64,000 nucleotides of DNA from Methanobacteriota archaeon (GTDB lineage: Archaea; Halobacteriota; Bog-38; Methanoflorentales; Methanoflorentaceae): NCBI GenBank assembly GCA_963720465.1, contig OY970393.1:1056001-1120000 (forward strand), written 5' to 3'. The translations under genes and the position numbers were made by a program. A model generated the notes under the pieces. That model searched no databases. It had not been told where the DNA came from and worked only from the letters and a program-made list of their open reading frames with translations. Shown here piece by piece: positions 41,518 through 51,994 of the stretch (the stretch's first letter is position 1; every line of letters starts with the position of its first letter).

Positions 41518-42780
41518 TTATGGCGTAATCCGCCGCCGATCACGAGGAAAAAGAACACTTTCCCGGATGTTGGCGAGACCGAGCATGGTTACGAGAAGGC
41601 GCTCAGCCCCAAGACCCCATCCGGCGTGAGGCGGCATGCCGAAACGAAATGCGTCGAGATAGAAGCCGAAGTTTTCAGGCGCAAGCGATTTACCGGCAAG
41701 CTGTTCGACGAGAAGGGCATAATCGTGAATCCGTCGCGCACCCGACGCGAGTTCCATCCTCGGGTGCATGAGGTCGAAGGCGTAGCAGAGATTGTTGCGT
41801 GGCTGCACGTAGAAAGGCTTCAGCTCAACCGGCCAGTCTACGATGAAGTAGTGTTCTCCCATCTCCTCACCGACCGCTTTTTCCGCAGCGGTGTCAAGAT
41901 CGTCCCCCCACGGGATATCCGCGATTTCAATCGCCTCAGCATAAGCGATTCGTTTGAAGGGAATGTGGGGAATCAATGGCGTCACGCCTAACGATTGGAG
42001 CGGAGCGCTGCAGCGCTCAGCAACGGCGACATAAACGTGCTGAATGAGCTCTTCAAGGAGCTCCATGACCTCGCGATCGTCTAGGAATGAGGCCTCTACG
42101 TCGATCGAGGTGACTTCATTGAGGTGTTTGCGCGTGTCGTGCTCCTCGGCGCGAAATATGGGGCCAACCTCAAAAACCCGTTCCAAACCGGCCGCCATCA
42201 TGATCTGCTTGTAGAGCTGCGGGCTCTGGTTCAGGAACGCTTCGCGATCAAAGTACGATATAGGGAAGAGCTGCGTTCCACCCTCAGTCGCTGTGGCCAC
42301 CATTTTGGGAGTCTGAATTTCAATAAAATCGTGGGCTGATAGAAACGTCCGTACCTCCTGGAGCACCGTCGCACGAATAAGGAAGATAGCGCGCGTGGCT
42401 GGAAGACGCACGTCCATGAACCGCGCATCCAGCCTTGTATCGAGATCGGCCCGCACCTTGCCGGTAACGTCAAGCGGAAGCGGCGATTCCGCAGCGCTAA
42501 GTAGCTCAACCTCGTAGGGAATAATCTCAAAGCCTTGCGGCGCTTTCAGTTCCTCCTTGACGAGTCCCGCGACGCGAACGACGGACTCCCGGCTGAGACT
42601 TCGCACGTGTTCGACAAGTTCGGGGGGGACCTTCTTCTTGGGCATGGTGATTTGCATAATGCCGTCGCGATCGCGGAGCAGAAGGAAGCTAATGCCACCG
42701 AGGTCGCGAAGCTCGTGCACCCACCCCGCAACGGTCACGTCAGTTTCTGGGACGATTGCGCTCGAGCGCGTCAGCTTCAT
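41518..42780 (-). CDS. aspS: Aspartyl-tRNA synthetase (archaeal, likely non-discriminating)
   Basis: [37 protein letters not shown]. Confidence 0.95.
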   Translation of the reverse strand: MKLTRSSAIVPETDVTVAGWVHELRDLGGISFLLLRDRDGIMQITMPKKKVPPELVEHVRSLSRESVVRVAGLVKEELKAPQGFEIIPYEVELLSAAESPLPLDVTGKVRADLDTRLDARFMDVRLPATRAIFLIRATVLQEVRTFLSAHDFIEIQTPKMVATATEGGTQLFPISYFDREAFLNQSPQLYKQIMMAAGLERVFEVGPIFRAEEHDTRKHLNEVTSIDVEASFLDDREVMELLEELIQHVYVAVAERCSAPLQSLGVTPLIPHIPFKRIAYAEAIEIADIPWGDDLDTAAEKAVGEEMGEHYFIVDWPVELKPFYVQPRNNLCYAFDLMHPRMELASGARRIHDYALLVEQLAGKSLAPENFGFYLDAFRFGMPPHAGWGLGAERLLVTMLGLANIRESVLFPRDRRRITP

Positions 42781-44045
42781 TGAAGTCTCCGCAGCACTGA
42801 CGCTGCGTGTCCAGGCAACCCCTCGATCTGGGCCAACGAACTGACGAGGTCCGCAAGGCTGCCCAGCCCGTCTTTCGATAGCACTTGAACGCTCGTCTTC
42901 TTAGTAAAGTGGTCGACGTTGAGCCCGCTGACGTACTTGGCGAACCCGCCGGTCGGCAACGTCGAGCTTGTCCCGGTGGCGTAATCACCGACAGCTGCGG
43001 GGGTATAGTCGCCCACACAGATCGTTCCGGCATTGCGGATCTTTCCCAAGACGCCAATCGGATCGCGCACCATGAGTTCGAGGTGCTCGGGAGCGAGGTC
43101 GTTGATGAACGAAACGCACGCGTCCACGCTGTCGCCCACGAGAACGGCGGTGTTGCTCAGATCAATGAGGTCCTTCCGGGCAGCTGCTTCTCGTTGCGCA
43201 ATGAGCTCCTTTTTTACCTCACGTGCGAGTTCCGCAGACGGAGTCAGCAGGAACCCGGATGATTTAGGGCCGTGTTCGAGTTGGGCGACGATATCAGCAG
43301 CGATATACTCAGGATTTCCTCCATCGGCAAGCACCGCTATCTCACTTGGGCCTGCAGGGAAGTCGATTTCCACCTCACTCTGCACGAGGAGCTTTGCGGC
43401 CGTTACGTACACGTTTCCCGGTCCGACAATCTTGTCCACCTTTGCGACGCTCTGTGTCCCATACGCCATTGCAGCGATCGCCTGCGCTCCCCCAATCTTA
43501 TAGACTGCGTTCGCACCTGCAATATCGGCAGCGAGGAGTGTCGCCACCGGCACGGTGCCGTCAGGCATGGGCGGAATACACACGACCACCTCGCGCACGC
43601 CGGCTACCTTAGCCGGCACGATATTCATGAGCGCCGTCGAGGGGTACAGCGCGAATCCTCCGGGCACGTAGGCGCCGATGCGATCGAGTGGCGTAGTCTT
43701 CTGCCCGAAGACAACTCCGGGAGCAACCTCGTGAAGCCACAAGTCACTTTGCACCTGTCGCATGTTGAACGACGTGATGTTGTCGGAAAGGTGGTACAAC
43801 GCGTCAATGACGTCCTGCGAAGCATTTTCGTACGCTGAGAGGAGCTCCCCCTCCGTTACTCGAAGGTCGACGATGTCGGCTTTGTCATATTCTAAGGTGT
43901 ATTGCATGACGGCGGTGTCGCCGTTTTCTTTGACCTCGTTAATGATTTTCTGGACGTGGCCCATAACCTCGCGCACGGCCGCACCGCGGTCGAGAAAACG
44001 GTCGAATTCGGCGTCAGTCACCTCGGATAAGCGTTTACAGATCAT
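42777..44045 (-). CDS. hisD: Histidinol dehydrogenase
   Basis: YVPGG, GGAQAIAA, GPGN.YV, DFPAGPSE, QLEH, APEHL, GDY, EGL.GH. Confidence 0.9.
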   Translation of the reverse strand: MICKRLSEVTDAEFDRFLDRGAAVREVMGHVQKIINEVKENGDTAVMQYTLEYDKADIVDLRVTEGELLSAYENASQDVIDALYHLSDNITSFNMRQVQSDLWLHEVAPGVVFGQKTTPLDRIGAYVPGGFALYPSTALMNIVPAKVAGVREVVVCIPPMPDGTVPVATLLAADIAGANAVYKIGGAQAIAAMAYGTQSVAKVDKIVGPGNVYVTAAKLLVQSEVEIDFPAGPSEIAVLADGGNPEYIAADIVAQLEHGPKSSGFLLTPSAELAREVKKELIAQREAAARKDLIDLSNTAVLVGDSVDACVSFINDLAPEHLELMVRDPIGVLGKIRNAGTICVGDYTPAAVGDYATGTSSTLPTGGFAKYVSGLNVDHFTKKTSVQVLSKDGLGSLADLVSSLAQIEGLPGHAASVLRRLQ

Positions 44046-44275
44046 GGCATCACAACCGATAGGACGCGACAGGGTATTAACCTTTATGGGTAAGCCTCGC
44101 ACGCCAATATTTACGCACAAGACTCATTTCGAAGTACTTAAATAGAAAGAAACGAGCATTACAAGCGCATGAGCAGAAAAGACCTGATGAGCGACATCGG
44201 GATGGCTCGCAAAGAGCTGAGCATCAACCGAGTGAAAAAGATAGTGAAGGTGTGCCTCACCATCACCCGAAAGTC

Positions 44276-45271
44276 TTACTGATCGACAATGGGCGCTTCG
44301 CGCCCGCATCCCGGACACTGTTTACCTTGTTTTTTGATCGCATAGCCCGTTCGTTCGACAATGACGGCGCCGCATTCAGGGCAGAACGTATTCTCGTGCT
44401 GGCTCGCAATGTTGCCTAGGTATATATAGCGCAGTCCGGCCCGTGCCGCGGCGCTATGCGCCCTTTCGAGCGTTTCTATGGGCGTTGCGGGACGGTCAAG
44501 CATACGCCAATCAGGATGGAAGCGCGAGAAGTGAACCGGCAGATCGCGGTCAACACCAGCCGCCCACTCGCTAAAAGCGGCGAGCTGTTCTTCATCATCG
44601 TTCAGTCCGGGAATAACGAGATACGTCAGTTCGAGGTGGATGCCGTGCTCGTGCATGCGCTCGCACGTTTTGAGCACGGGATCGAGGCGCGCCTTGCACA
44701 CGCCGTTGTAGAACCTCTTGCTGAAGCCCTTCACATCGACGTTTGCCGCGTCGAGATAAGGCCCAATCTTTTCGAGAGCTTGCGAAGTCATATAGCCATT
44801 GGTGACGTACACTGTGTACAAACCGGCTTCTTTAGCGAGGATCGCAGAATCGTACGTATACTCAAACCAGATCGTCGGCTCATTGTACGTCCACGCAATC
44901 CCGCGGCAGTTGCGCTCGAGAGCGAGCTGCACGGAACGTTCCGGAGGGATTTCCGTCGTGCCCAGCTCTCCGACTTCCGCGAAGGAGATGTCGTAGTTTT
45001 GGCAGTGCTCACATCTGAAGTTGCAACTCACCGACCCGAGCGAAAACACCTTTGATCCGGGGTAAAAATGATACAGTGGCTTCTTTTCGATCGGATCGAC
45101 GTTCATTGAGCTCACCTCCGCATAGATGAGGGTTTTGAGCTTACCGTCGAGATTCTGCCGCACGTGACAGATCCCCCTATCCCACTTCTTAATCTTGCAC
45201 TCGTGTGCGCACGCAAAACAGTGCGCGGCCTCGCTTTCGATAGGTTCCCACAACATCGCATCTTTTATCAC
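44276..45271 (-). CDS. amrS: AmmeMemoRadiSam system radical SAM enzyme
   Basis: DPIEKKPLYHF.PG, CNFRCEHC, YNEP, YIYLGN, CPECG. Confidence 0.9.
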   Translation of the reverse strand: MIKDAMLWEPIESEAAHCFACAHECKIKKWDRGICHVRQNLDGKLKTLIYAEVSSMNVDPIEKKPLYHFYPGSKVFSLGSVSCNFRCEHCQNYDISFAEVGELGTTEIPPERSVQLALERNCRGIAWTYNEPTIWFEYTYDSAILAKEAGLYTVYVTNGYMTSQALEKIGPYLDAANVDVKGFSKRFYNGVCKARLDPVLKTCERMHEHGIHLELTYLVIPGLNDDEEQLAAFSEWAAGVDRDLPVHFSRFHPDWRMLDRPATPIETLERAHSAAARAGLRYIYLGNIASQHENTFCPECGAVIVERTGYAIKKQGKQCPGCGREAPIVDQ

Positions 45272-45316
45272 GTTATGACCCTCGTGGCTTTTCAGGGAGT
45301 TTGCATCGTTTGATGA

Positions 45317-45464
45317 GATTTCCCGATCCTTTTCTGCAGCTCATTGCACACTACGATCGCGAGCATTGATTTTATCGCCTATGATGTAGGGATTTCCCGA
45401 TCCTTTTCTGCAGCTCATTGCACACTATGATCGCGAGCATTGATTTTATCGCCTATGATGTAGG
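45317..45464. repeat. 74-bp tandem duplication (2 copies, 1 mismatch)
   Basis: 45317-45390 and 45391-45464 (gatttcccgatcc...gatgtagg). Confidence 0.95.
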
Positions 45465-45527
45465 CGCGTGACAATGCGCGAGCGAGGGCGCATCAAGTGA
45501 AGTCTGCCAGACTGTAATGCGACTCGC

Positions 45528-46475
45528 CTAGCCAAACGCACGGAAGGTCACGATGTTCCGCGCGTAGGGGACGAGCTTGCGTAGTGACATGAGATGGGAC
45601 GTTTCAGCGTGACAATAAATGAGACAGTGCATGTCGCAGTGCAGCATCTGCTCACGGTCAGCTTGTGCCCGTTCTGAGGTCATAAGGGTCTGAAGGTCGT
45701 TTTCGAGGAGGTTGCCCAACTTCGTGCCGATCGGCATGCACGGGTAAATAATGTCGCCATTCGGCTCGATCATGATGCTAAGCGTTCGGCACGTGTACGG
45801 CTGGTCAAAACTCTCGATGTACGAGCGACTCGTTGTGAGCGTGTTCCCGTATTCGCGCTTCAGGCGCGTAACAACTTCGCGAAGCGCCATGAGATCCGGC
45901 GTGAGATCTTCAGTGCCATCAAAGTTGAACGCAGGCATAATGAGGATCTTGTGGCCGTGTGCGTGCACTTTTTCCACCTTTTCCTCGATCTTATCGAGAT
46001 CGTGCTTCGTTACGACTGTTTGCACCGTCGTCTTGATGCCGAGATCAGAGAAAAAGCCGAGCCGATCAAACATGTGCACGTTGTTGTGGCCCTCGTCAAT
46101 GGATAACTGCAGAAAATCGAAGTACCGTGCGTACTCTGCGAATGGTCGTCGATCGATAAGAAGTCCGTTGGTAGTAAACAGAATATAGTTCGAGCAGTCG
46201 TGGGTGTAGCGGAGAATTTCACCGATATCCTTGCGCAATAAGGGCTCTCCCCCTTCAAAGCTGATGGTAAAGGTGCTTGCTTGGGAAAGATTGTCGATGA
46301 CGGTGAACACGTCATTTGTACCAAGGTCAGGGATCTTATCTGCCCAGACGTTACAGAAGCCACACCGCAGGTTGCACCGGTGGGTGATCTTGAATGATGC
46401 GTAGAACGGATTGTCGAACTCGTTTCGGATGTAGTTCGAAAGATACCCTCTAAGGGCCCGCACATTTCTATTCAT
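45528..46475 (-). CDS. Radical SAM protein with SPASM/twitch-like C-terminus
   Basis: CNLRCGFC, GGEPLLR, TTNG, C..PNGD..PC...C..HC...C. Confidence 0.85.
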   Translation of the reverse strand: MNRNVRALRGYLSNYIRNEFDNPFYASFKITHRCNLRCGFCNVWADKIPDLGTNDVFTVIDNLSQASTFTISFEGGEPLLRKDIGEILRYTHDCSNYILFTTNGLLIDRRPFAEYARYFDFLQLSIDEGHNNVHMFDRLGFFSDLGIKTTVQTVVTKHDLDKIEEKVEKVHAHGHKILIMPAFNFDGTEDLTPDLMALREVVTRLKREYGNTLTTSRSYIESFDQPYTCRTLSIMIEPNGDIIYPCMPIGTKLGNLLENDLQTLMTSERAQADREQMLHCDMHCLIYCHAETSHLMSLRKLVPYARNIVTFRAFG

Positions 46476-46550
46476 TGTGCCTCGCTACAGTTGCGTGACG
46501 GATGAATCCGTGACGGAGTGGCTGTCGTTGGTATCCGACGAGACACAGAT

Positions 46551-47210
46551 TCACTCCTCAAAGGGCGCGACGTAGCAGGATGCCTGCTTGCTGCTAATAA
46601 GCTTCTGTTCGTGAAAAAGGCGCGCTGTGAGGAGATACGTACCTTCTTCACTCGCGTAGAGCTCGCTTACGAATCGCTTCGTGCCGCCTTTTGCGATGAA
46701 GTCGATATCGATCACGTCCATGAGCGTGTGGGCTTTCGACGGGGGAGTTGCGGCGATCTCGAGCCGTAGATCCGACACGTCGCGGTGGGCGTGCACGACC
46801 GTTTCCGTCTCGATTGTTTCTTCGTATGCCCAGTAGGGCCGATTCACGAAGAAGGTCTGGATCTCAGCGGGATCCTCTACGAGTCGAACCTCCTGATCAG
46901 GCGAGTACCAGCTCACGAGAGCACCGTCGCGGTACGCCGTGACGTGCAGATAGACCCGTCCAGTGTGGTTCGCAAAAACCTGAAAGTTGAGCACTTCTGT
47001 GTCTTGAGGGGCCAACTCTTTCACGAAATGAAATGAGCCGCTTGGCAAAACGTCGAGATCGTACGAGTTGTAGGTATACAGCGTCGCGCTTACGTCGACG
47101 AGGCGCTCCGTTGATATGTTCCTCAGCTGGACGGTGATCCAGTGGCGCCCCCGGTCGAGCACCTCGGGCGTAACGGTTGCCTCGAAGGGATATTTGCGTC
47201 GTTCTTCCAT
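46551..47210 (-). CDS. Hypothetical beta-rich (Ig/CARDB-like) protein
   Basis: WITVQLRN, LAP.DT..LNFQV, GTYLLTARL patterns. Confidence 0.6.
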   Translation of the reverse strand: MEERRKYPFEATVTPEVLDRGRHWITVQLRNISTERLVDVSATLYTYNSYDLDVLPSGSFHFVKELAPQDTEVLNFQVFANHTGRVYLHVTAYRDGALVSWYSPDQEVRLVEDPAEIQTFFVNRPYWAYEETIETETVVHAHRDVSDLRLEIAATPPSKAHTLMDVIDIDFIAKGGTKRFVSELYASEEGTYLLTARLFHEQKLISSKQASCYVAPFEE

Positions 47211-47221
47211 GACGCACCGGC

Positions 47222-47704
47222 CTACTTGACGTTCACTCGCGTTTTCTTTTCCACCTCAGTGGGCTCCTTCTTCGGGATTTTGACCTCGAGCACGCCGTTC
47301 TTGAACGTTGCCTCTGCCTTATCTGGAAGAACGTCGGCGGGGAGGTCGAGCATCCGGCGGTACGATGCGTAGCCTCGCTCGCGGTAGGTGTAATCCTCAT
47401 CCTTGCGTTCCGTTTCGGTGCTCGATTCAGCGCTGATCTCGATCCGTTCGGGGGTGAGGTTGATCTCAATATCCTCCTTCTGCACTCCGGGCATGTCTGC
47501 GACCACCTGGAGGGCGTCGCCAAGGTCAACCACGTCAACGCGTGGCTGTTTCAAAGCGGGCATCTGCGAGGGGAATACGCGCTCGAGGGTATCCTCCATG
47601 TTGGCGCGGAATGTGTCGAGCGTGCGACGCATCTCGGCGAAGGGGTCACGCATCCAGTAGTCCTTCGGCGTGATTCTCTTCTCTTCTTTCTTTTCGTCGG
47701 TCAT
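47222..47704 (-). CDS. Small heat-shock protein Hsp20
   Basis: ADMPGV.KEDI, ERGY..Y.R...LP, ATFKNGVLEV.IPK, VNV tail. Confidence 0.93.
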   Translation of the reverse strand: MTDEKKEEKRITPKDYWMRDPFAEMRRTLDTFRANMEDTLERVFPSQMPALKQPRVDVVDLGDALQVVADMPGVQKEDIEINLTPERIEISAESSTETERKDEDYTYRERGYASYRRMLDLPADVLPDKAEATFKNGVLEVKIPKKEPTEVEKKTRVNVK

Positions 47705-47795
47705 AGTATCATCAAATTAAGTAGCGCACGCAAGGTAATAAAGCATATGCAAGGAAAAAACAGATCGCGAACTGGGGGCTTCACGAGGCAAACGG

Positions 47796-48536
47796 TTATC
47801 GCAGAAATAGGTCGAGGCCGTTTTGTACGCACGCCTTCTGCCCTCGATCGGCGTACCCCTCCAGGCTGAGTGCGTGGAAGACCCGTGCGACCGACAAGCA
47901 ATCCGATCGCTGCGCACTCATGTCGCTGTTTACGACAAACTTCGCTTCAGGATATTCTTTGATCAAATCCACCGCATCTTGCACCGATGCTTTACCTGGT
48001 TGGACGGTAATGCCGACGTACGTTCCCGCTTCAAGTGCAATATTGATCGTAGACAGATCGATGTGATCGATAACCACATCCTTGGCCCCAACGTCGTCAA
48101 CGATCGCGACGATTCGCTCGAGCGCTTCTCGCTTCCCGCGCCGCGGCGTATGGATGACTTTAGGGTAGTAATCGATCTCCAGCTGCGCGCGAAAAACCCG
48201 CTCCTCGACGTCCGTGCATCGCTCAAGACCGATCTCCCCGACGGCGACCACATCTGGGTGCGAGAGATATTCGGGGAGCGCTCGTAGCGTTTCGTCGACC
48301 TGGGCGTTTATAGAGCGCGGGTGGACCCCGAGACCAACGTGCACGTTGACACCATTTTCCGCGCCTCGGCGCACTTCTTCGTGCGCAAGCTTGTGAAAGT
48401 GGTCGAGCAACACGTCCGCGGTTGACATTCGCATCGGGTCGTGCGCGAGCGTGAGCACGTCAGTGACGCCGGCGACGCCCATTAATTCAAAGTCCTCATA
48501 CGGACGAGTGTCCATGTGGGCATGCGTATCAAACAC
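47796..48536 (-). CDS. TatD family metal-dependent hydrolase
   Basis: DTHAH, GVHP, GEIGLE, HTPR, DH, NSD. Confidence 0.88.
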   Translation of the reverse strand: MFDTHAHMDTRPYEDFELMGVAGVTDVLTLAHDPMRMSTADVLLDHFHKLAHEEVRRGAENGVNVHVGLGVHPRSINAQVDETLRALPEYLSHPDVVAVGEIGLERCTDVEERVFRAQLEIDYYPKVIHTPRRGKREALERIVAIVDDVGAKDVVIDHIDLSTINIALEAGTYVGITVQPGKASVQDAVDLIKEYPEAKFVVNSDMSAQRSDCLSVARVFHALSLEGYADRGQKACVQNGLDLFLR

Positions 48537-48702
48537 GAGTGCATGAGCGCGGTCTTAAGTCTTATGTGTTATGCACGAGCGTTCCGCGCGAGCCAGCGGG
48601 ACAATTTCACAAGCGTTGCCGTCTGAGAGGTTCAAACGGGCTACCTGAGCCAGAAGACCGATAATTATAAACGTGAAGAGTAAGCAGCATAGTTAGCTGA
48701 CC

Positions 48703-48894
48703 ATGTTAGTACCCAAAATAGATGTCGAGCTTTGCGTCGGGTGTGGGGCGTGTGAAGACACGTGCCCCGACGTCTTTGAGCTCCAAGATGATGGATTATC
48801 ACACGTCGTCGACGCGGCTGCTTGCAGCGAGTGTGAGTGTCAAGAGGCTGCTGACAGCTGCCCGACTGAGGCCATCTCCTTTATCGAAGAGTGA
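48703..48894 (+). CDS. Monocluster ferredoxin
   Basis: CVGCGACEDTCP...CPTEAI; TTATAA upstream and T-run downstream. Confidence 0.9.
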   Translation: MLVPKIDVELCVGCGACEDTCPDVFELQDDGLSHVVDAAACSECECQEAADSCPTEAISFIEE

Positions 48895-48930
48895 CCTCAC
48901 GTTCCCGCACGACGTCACAAATTTTTTTTG

Positions 48931-49305
48931 TCAATCCTCTAGGCGGATGCTGTTAGATTCCAGCAACACGGGCACCAAATCGCCGGCAAAGGGAATCCGC
49001 GGTGAGATTATAAGCCGTGCAGCTCCATATTTGTCACTACGCAGGCACCATCTTTTCGCGTTCGGGGTTATGGAAGGGGATAATCCTCCGTATCCCGTAT
49101 TTCCCCAAAAGTAGCCCACCGACGCGCCAAGAACCGACGCAGGAATCAGCACGAACAGAATGGTTAGCGGACTCGCGTTCTCTCTCAGCAGCAGCGCGAT
49201 TGTCGGCTCTGTGGGGATACGGAGCACCGATGAGGTAGCGCTGACGAGAAACAGTCCAAGCAAGCCGTAGTTAGTGATGAAAGGCAGCGGTAAGCACCCA
49301 GTCAC
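48931..49305 (-). pseudogene. Frameshifted DedA/VTT-like membrane protein
   Basis: YGLLGLFL..S..IPTE...LGASVGYF, then shifted frame LGKYGIRRIIPF.. with stops, then DKYGA..IPFAGDLVPV. Confidence 0.6.
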
Positions 49306-49437
49306 TTTGATCGGTTACAACACTTCTACGCGTTTATAAAGAGGTATTGACGAGGACGCCCGGCCACACAGATTGCATTAGAGCCGTGACCGATAACAGC
49401 GCTTATATCAACGCGGCGCTATAGGTGTGAAGATAAC

Positions 49438-49809
49438 ATGGAAAACCAACGATATAAGCGCGGGATCGAAGCGCTGCGTAGGGTCAACGAGGAGGGCATC
49501 ACAAACCTCATTCAGAGTATGGACGATGTTGCGCCCGACCTTGCACGCTACGTTATTGAGTTTGCGTACGGAGATATCTATACCCGTCCCGGACTCCATA
49601 CGAAGCAGCGTGAACTATGCATCGTCGCCGCTCTCACCGCCCTCGGAAATCGAGAGGATCAACTTCGCGACCACATTCAAGCAGCTCTCAATGTCGGGTG
49701 CACGCGACAGGAGCTTGTCGAAACCATCCTCATGATGGCAGTCTATGCAGGCTTTCCGGCCGCGATCAAAGGAATGCAGATCGCACGCGAAATGTTGCTC
49801 CGTGAGTGA
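49438..49809 (+). CDS. Carboxymuconolactone decarboxylase family protein
   Basis: EFAYGDIYTRPGL, QL..HI.AALNVG, VYAGFPA. Confidence 0.88.
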   Translation: MENQRYKRGIEALRRVNEEGITNLIQSMDDVAPDLARYVIEFAYGDIYTRPGLHTKQRELCIVAALTALGNREDQLRDHIQAALNVGCTRQELVETILMMAVYAGFPAAIKGMQIAREMLLRE

Positions 49810-49947
49810 ATGGACCGACCAAGCAACGTCTTGTTAACGCCGTCCTGCCGCAGCCTTTTTTCCCAGAATAACGAAGCGGAGCGCGTTATGCGCATAGCCA
49901 CTTGACGGATCGTGAAGGACTGGCGACCGCAGCTAAGTCAAAAAAGA

Positions 49948-50022
49948 TGCTCCGGTTGGGATTTGAACCCAAGTCGAGGGAGTGAGAGTCCCTCATGATT
50001 GGCCGGACTACACTACCGGAGC
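49948..50022 (-). tRNA. tRNA-Glu(CTC)
   Basis: GCTCCGGTAGTGTAGTCCGGCCAATCATGAGGGACTCTCACTCCCTCGACTTGGGTTCAAATCCCAACCGGAGCA; anticodon stem AGGGA/TCCCT; no encoded CCA; T-run downstream. Confidence 0.96.
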
Positions 50023-50144
50023 CAGACTTTTACTATAACACACGGACTCTTAAGCTTTGCTGGCGGAGCGGAACGGTCATAAAATGGTCCAGTCGACCAG
50101 CAGATGGAACAGACATCTGCCCTGCGCGCGGTGCGCCGGCGCCG

Positions 50145-50918
50145 TCAGAGCGAGACCGCGTCGTTGAGAAAAGTATACTCTTTTCTGATCTGGTTGACCA
50201 CGGCAACGTCGATTACCGCGGTGATGATTGCTTCAGAGTTACCCGCGGCGACAAGCGTCTCCCCCCACGGGTCGGTAATCATGCTGCCGCCGAGAAAAGT
50301 CGTCGTTGGCACGGGGGTGCCTACTTGATTGGAGCCGATAAAGTAACACTGGTTTTCGATAGCTCGGGCCTTGTTTAGCGCGATCCAATGGTCAAGGCGC
50401 TGCGAAGGCCATGCCGCAGGGCAGACGATAATTTCAGCCCCCTTCTTGACCAGAGCCCGATAGAGCTCAGGAAAGCGAAGGTCATAACAGATCGAAAACC
50501 CGATGACACCGAGCTCTGTCGGCGCAACGACAACGTCCGTTCCTGCGATCAATGACCGTTTCTCCTTCGAATGATAGGAGAACAGATGAATCTTGCGATA
50601 CCGTGCGCAGATCGTGCCGCGTCTATCGATGAGCACGCTTGTGTTGAACATCCGCCCAGGCTCGTCCACCTCAAGCACGCTCCCCATCAGGATGTAGCTT
50701 CCCTTTTCGCGAGCAAGCCGCGTAAAGACTTTGGTTGTCGGCCCCGGAATGTGCTCTCCGGCTTTGAAATCTCTGCAGTGGGTGAACAGTTCTGGGAGAA
50801 CGATGAGGTCGGCATCCGTTTCGTCGATTAAGGCGACCGCGCGATCAACGTTTTCCGATCGCGTGCCGAGCGCACCCATCTGAATACACGCCACCTTGTA
50901 CCCCATATGATCCGCCAC
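50145..50918 (-). CDS. Carbon-nitrogen hydrolase (nitrilase family)
   Basis: LPE, YRKIHLF, ICYDLRFPE (E-K-C triad), ARAIENQ. Confidence 0.9.
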   Translation of the reverse strand: MADHMGYKVACIQMGALGTRSENVDRAVALIDETDADLIVLPELFTHCRDFKAGEHIPGPTTKVFTRLAREKGSYILMGSVLEVDEPGRMFNTSVLIDRRGTICARYRKIHLFSYHSKEKRSLIAGTDVVVAPTELGVIGFSICYDLRFPELYRALVKKGAEIIVCPAAWPSQRLDHWIALNKARAIENQCYFIGSNQVGTPVPTTTFLGGSMITDPWGETLVAAGNSEAIITAVIDVAVVNQIRKEYTFLNDAVSL

Positions 50919-51076
50919 TCGCGTGCGAAAATCTGACGTTCGCCTCGTGTCTCATAGCCTTCGAGGCATATAGCCTTACGGGCCAAACTTTCCCCTAGCG
51001 TTCGCGACGACCGATGGAACGCCTGAGGATGCGCGCGCAGGAAGATATTTCTATTCTCAGTCGGAACTAGAGGTAA

Positions 51077-51955
51077 ATGAAGCGGGAGCAAATTCTCATC
51101 GAAGCGTTGCCCTACATTCGTGAGTTTTACGGATCGTTCGTCGTCATTAAAATTGGTGGCCACGCGATGATCGACAAGCATCTCATGGAGGGCATCATCG
51201 AAGATATCGTGCTTTTGCGGTATGTCGGCATGCAGCCAGTGCTCGTCCACGGCGGTGGACCCGAGATCAGCGAGAAGATGGAGCGGATGGGTAAAAAACC
51301 CGAATTCGCCGCTGGCTTACGCGTCACCGACGAAGAGACACTAGAGATCGCCCGCATGGTTCTCATGGGGAACATCAACACGCGCCTCGTCGCGCTCATC
51401 GGCAAGCACGGCGGCAAAGGCGTCGGGTTGTCAGGGAAGGACGGACGCATGATCGCCGCGCGGAAAAAGGGCCCTCAGCGGGTGGTCTATGAAGGTATCG
51501 AGCAGGAGGTCGACCTCGGGTGGGTCGGCGAAACGGAAGTCATCAACCCAGAGATTCTAATGATCATGGCCGGGAAAGGGTATATCCCCGTGGTTGCCCC
51601 CATTGCGGTCGATAACGCGTGCCACAGTCTCAATCTCAACGCGGACACCGTCGCAGGAGATATTGCGGCAGCGCTTAAGGCCCGCAAGCTCATCGCGCTG
51701 ACTGACGTCAGCGGCATTCAACGCGACCAGAGCGATCCCGAAACGACCATCTCGCGCATGACGTTCGCAGAAGCGCAGCGCGCGATTGAGACAGGGAGCA
51801 TCAGCGGCGGAATGATCCCCAAAGTGCACGCGTGTATCAAGGCCCTCGAAGCGGGGGTGCAAAACGCGCACATCATCAACGGCAACGTCCATCACGCACT
51901 CCTGCTCGAGCTGTTCACAGACAAAGGCATCGGAACGATGATAGTGAGGGGGTAG
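51077..51955 (+). CDS. argB: Acetylglutamate kinase
   Basis: KIGG, VHGGG, GLRVTD, NLNAD, GGMIPK. Confidence 0.95.
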   Translation: MKREQILIEALPYIREFYGSFVVIKIGGHAMIDKHLMEGIIEDIVLLRYVGMQPVLVHGGGPEISEKMERMGKKPEFAAGLRVTDEETLEIARMVLMGNINTRLVALIGKHGGKGVGLSGKDGRMIAARKKGPQRVVYEGIEQEVDLGWVGETEVINPEILMIMAGKGYIPVVAPIAVDNACHSLNLNADTVAGDIAAALKARKLIALTDVSGIQRDQSDPETTISRMTFAEAQRAIETGSISGGMIPKVHACIKALEAGVQNAHIINGNVHHALLLELFTDKGIGTMIVRG

Positions 51956-51994
51956 GCCACGCGACCACCGCATCGGCGCTGGCACGCTGGGAAC

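Noticed and set aside
45317-45464. Possible CRISPR array
   Set aside because: Only two contiguous 74-bp copies, no spacers and no cas genes in the window.
49948-50022. tRNA-Glu as integration site of a mobile element
   Set aside because: No integrase seen and no duplicated tRNA 3' end noticed; flanks are ordinary genes.
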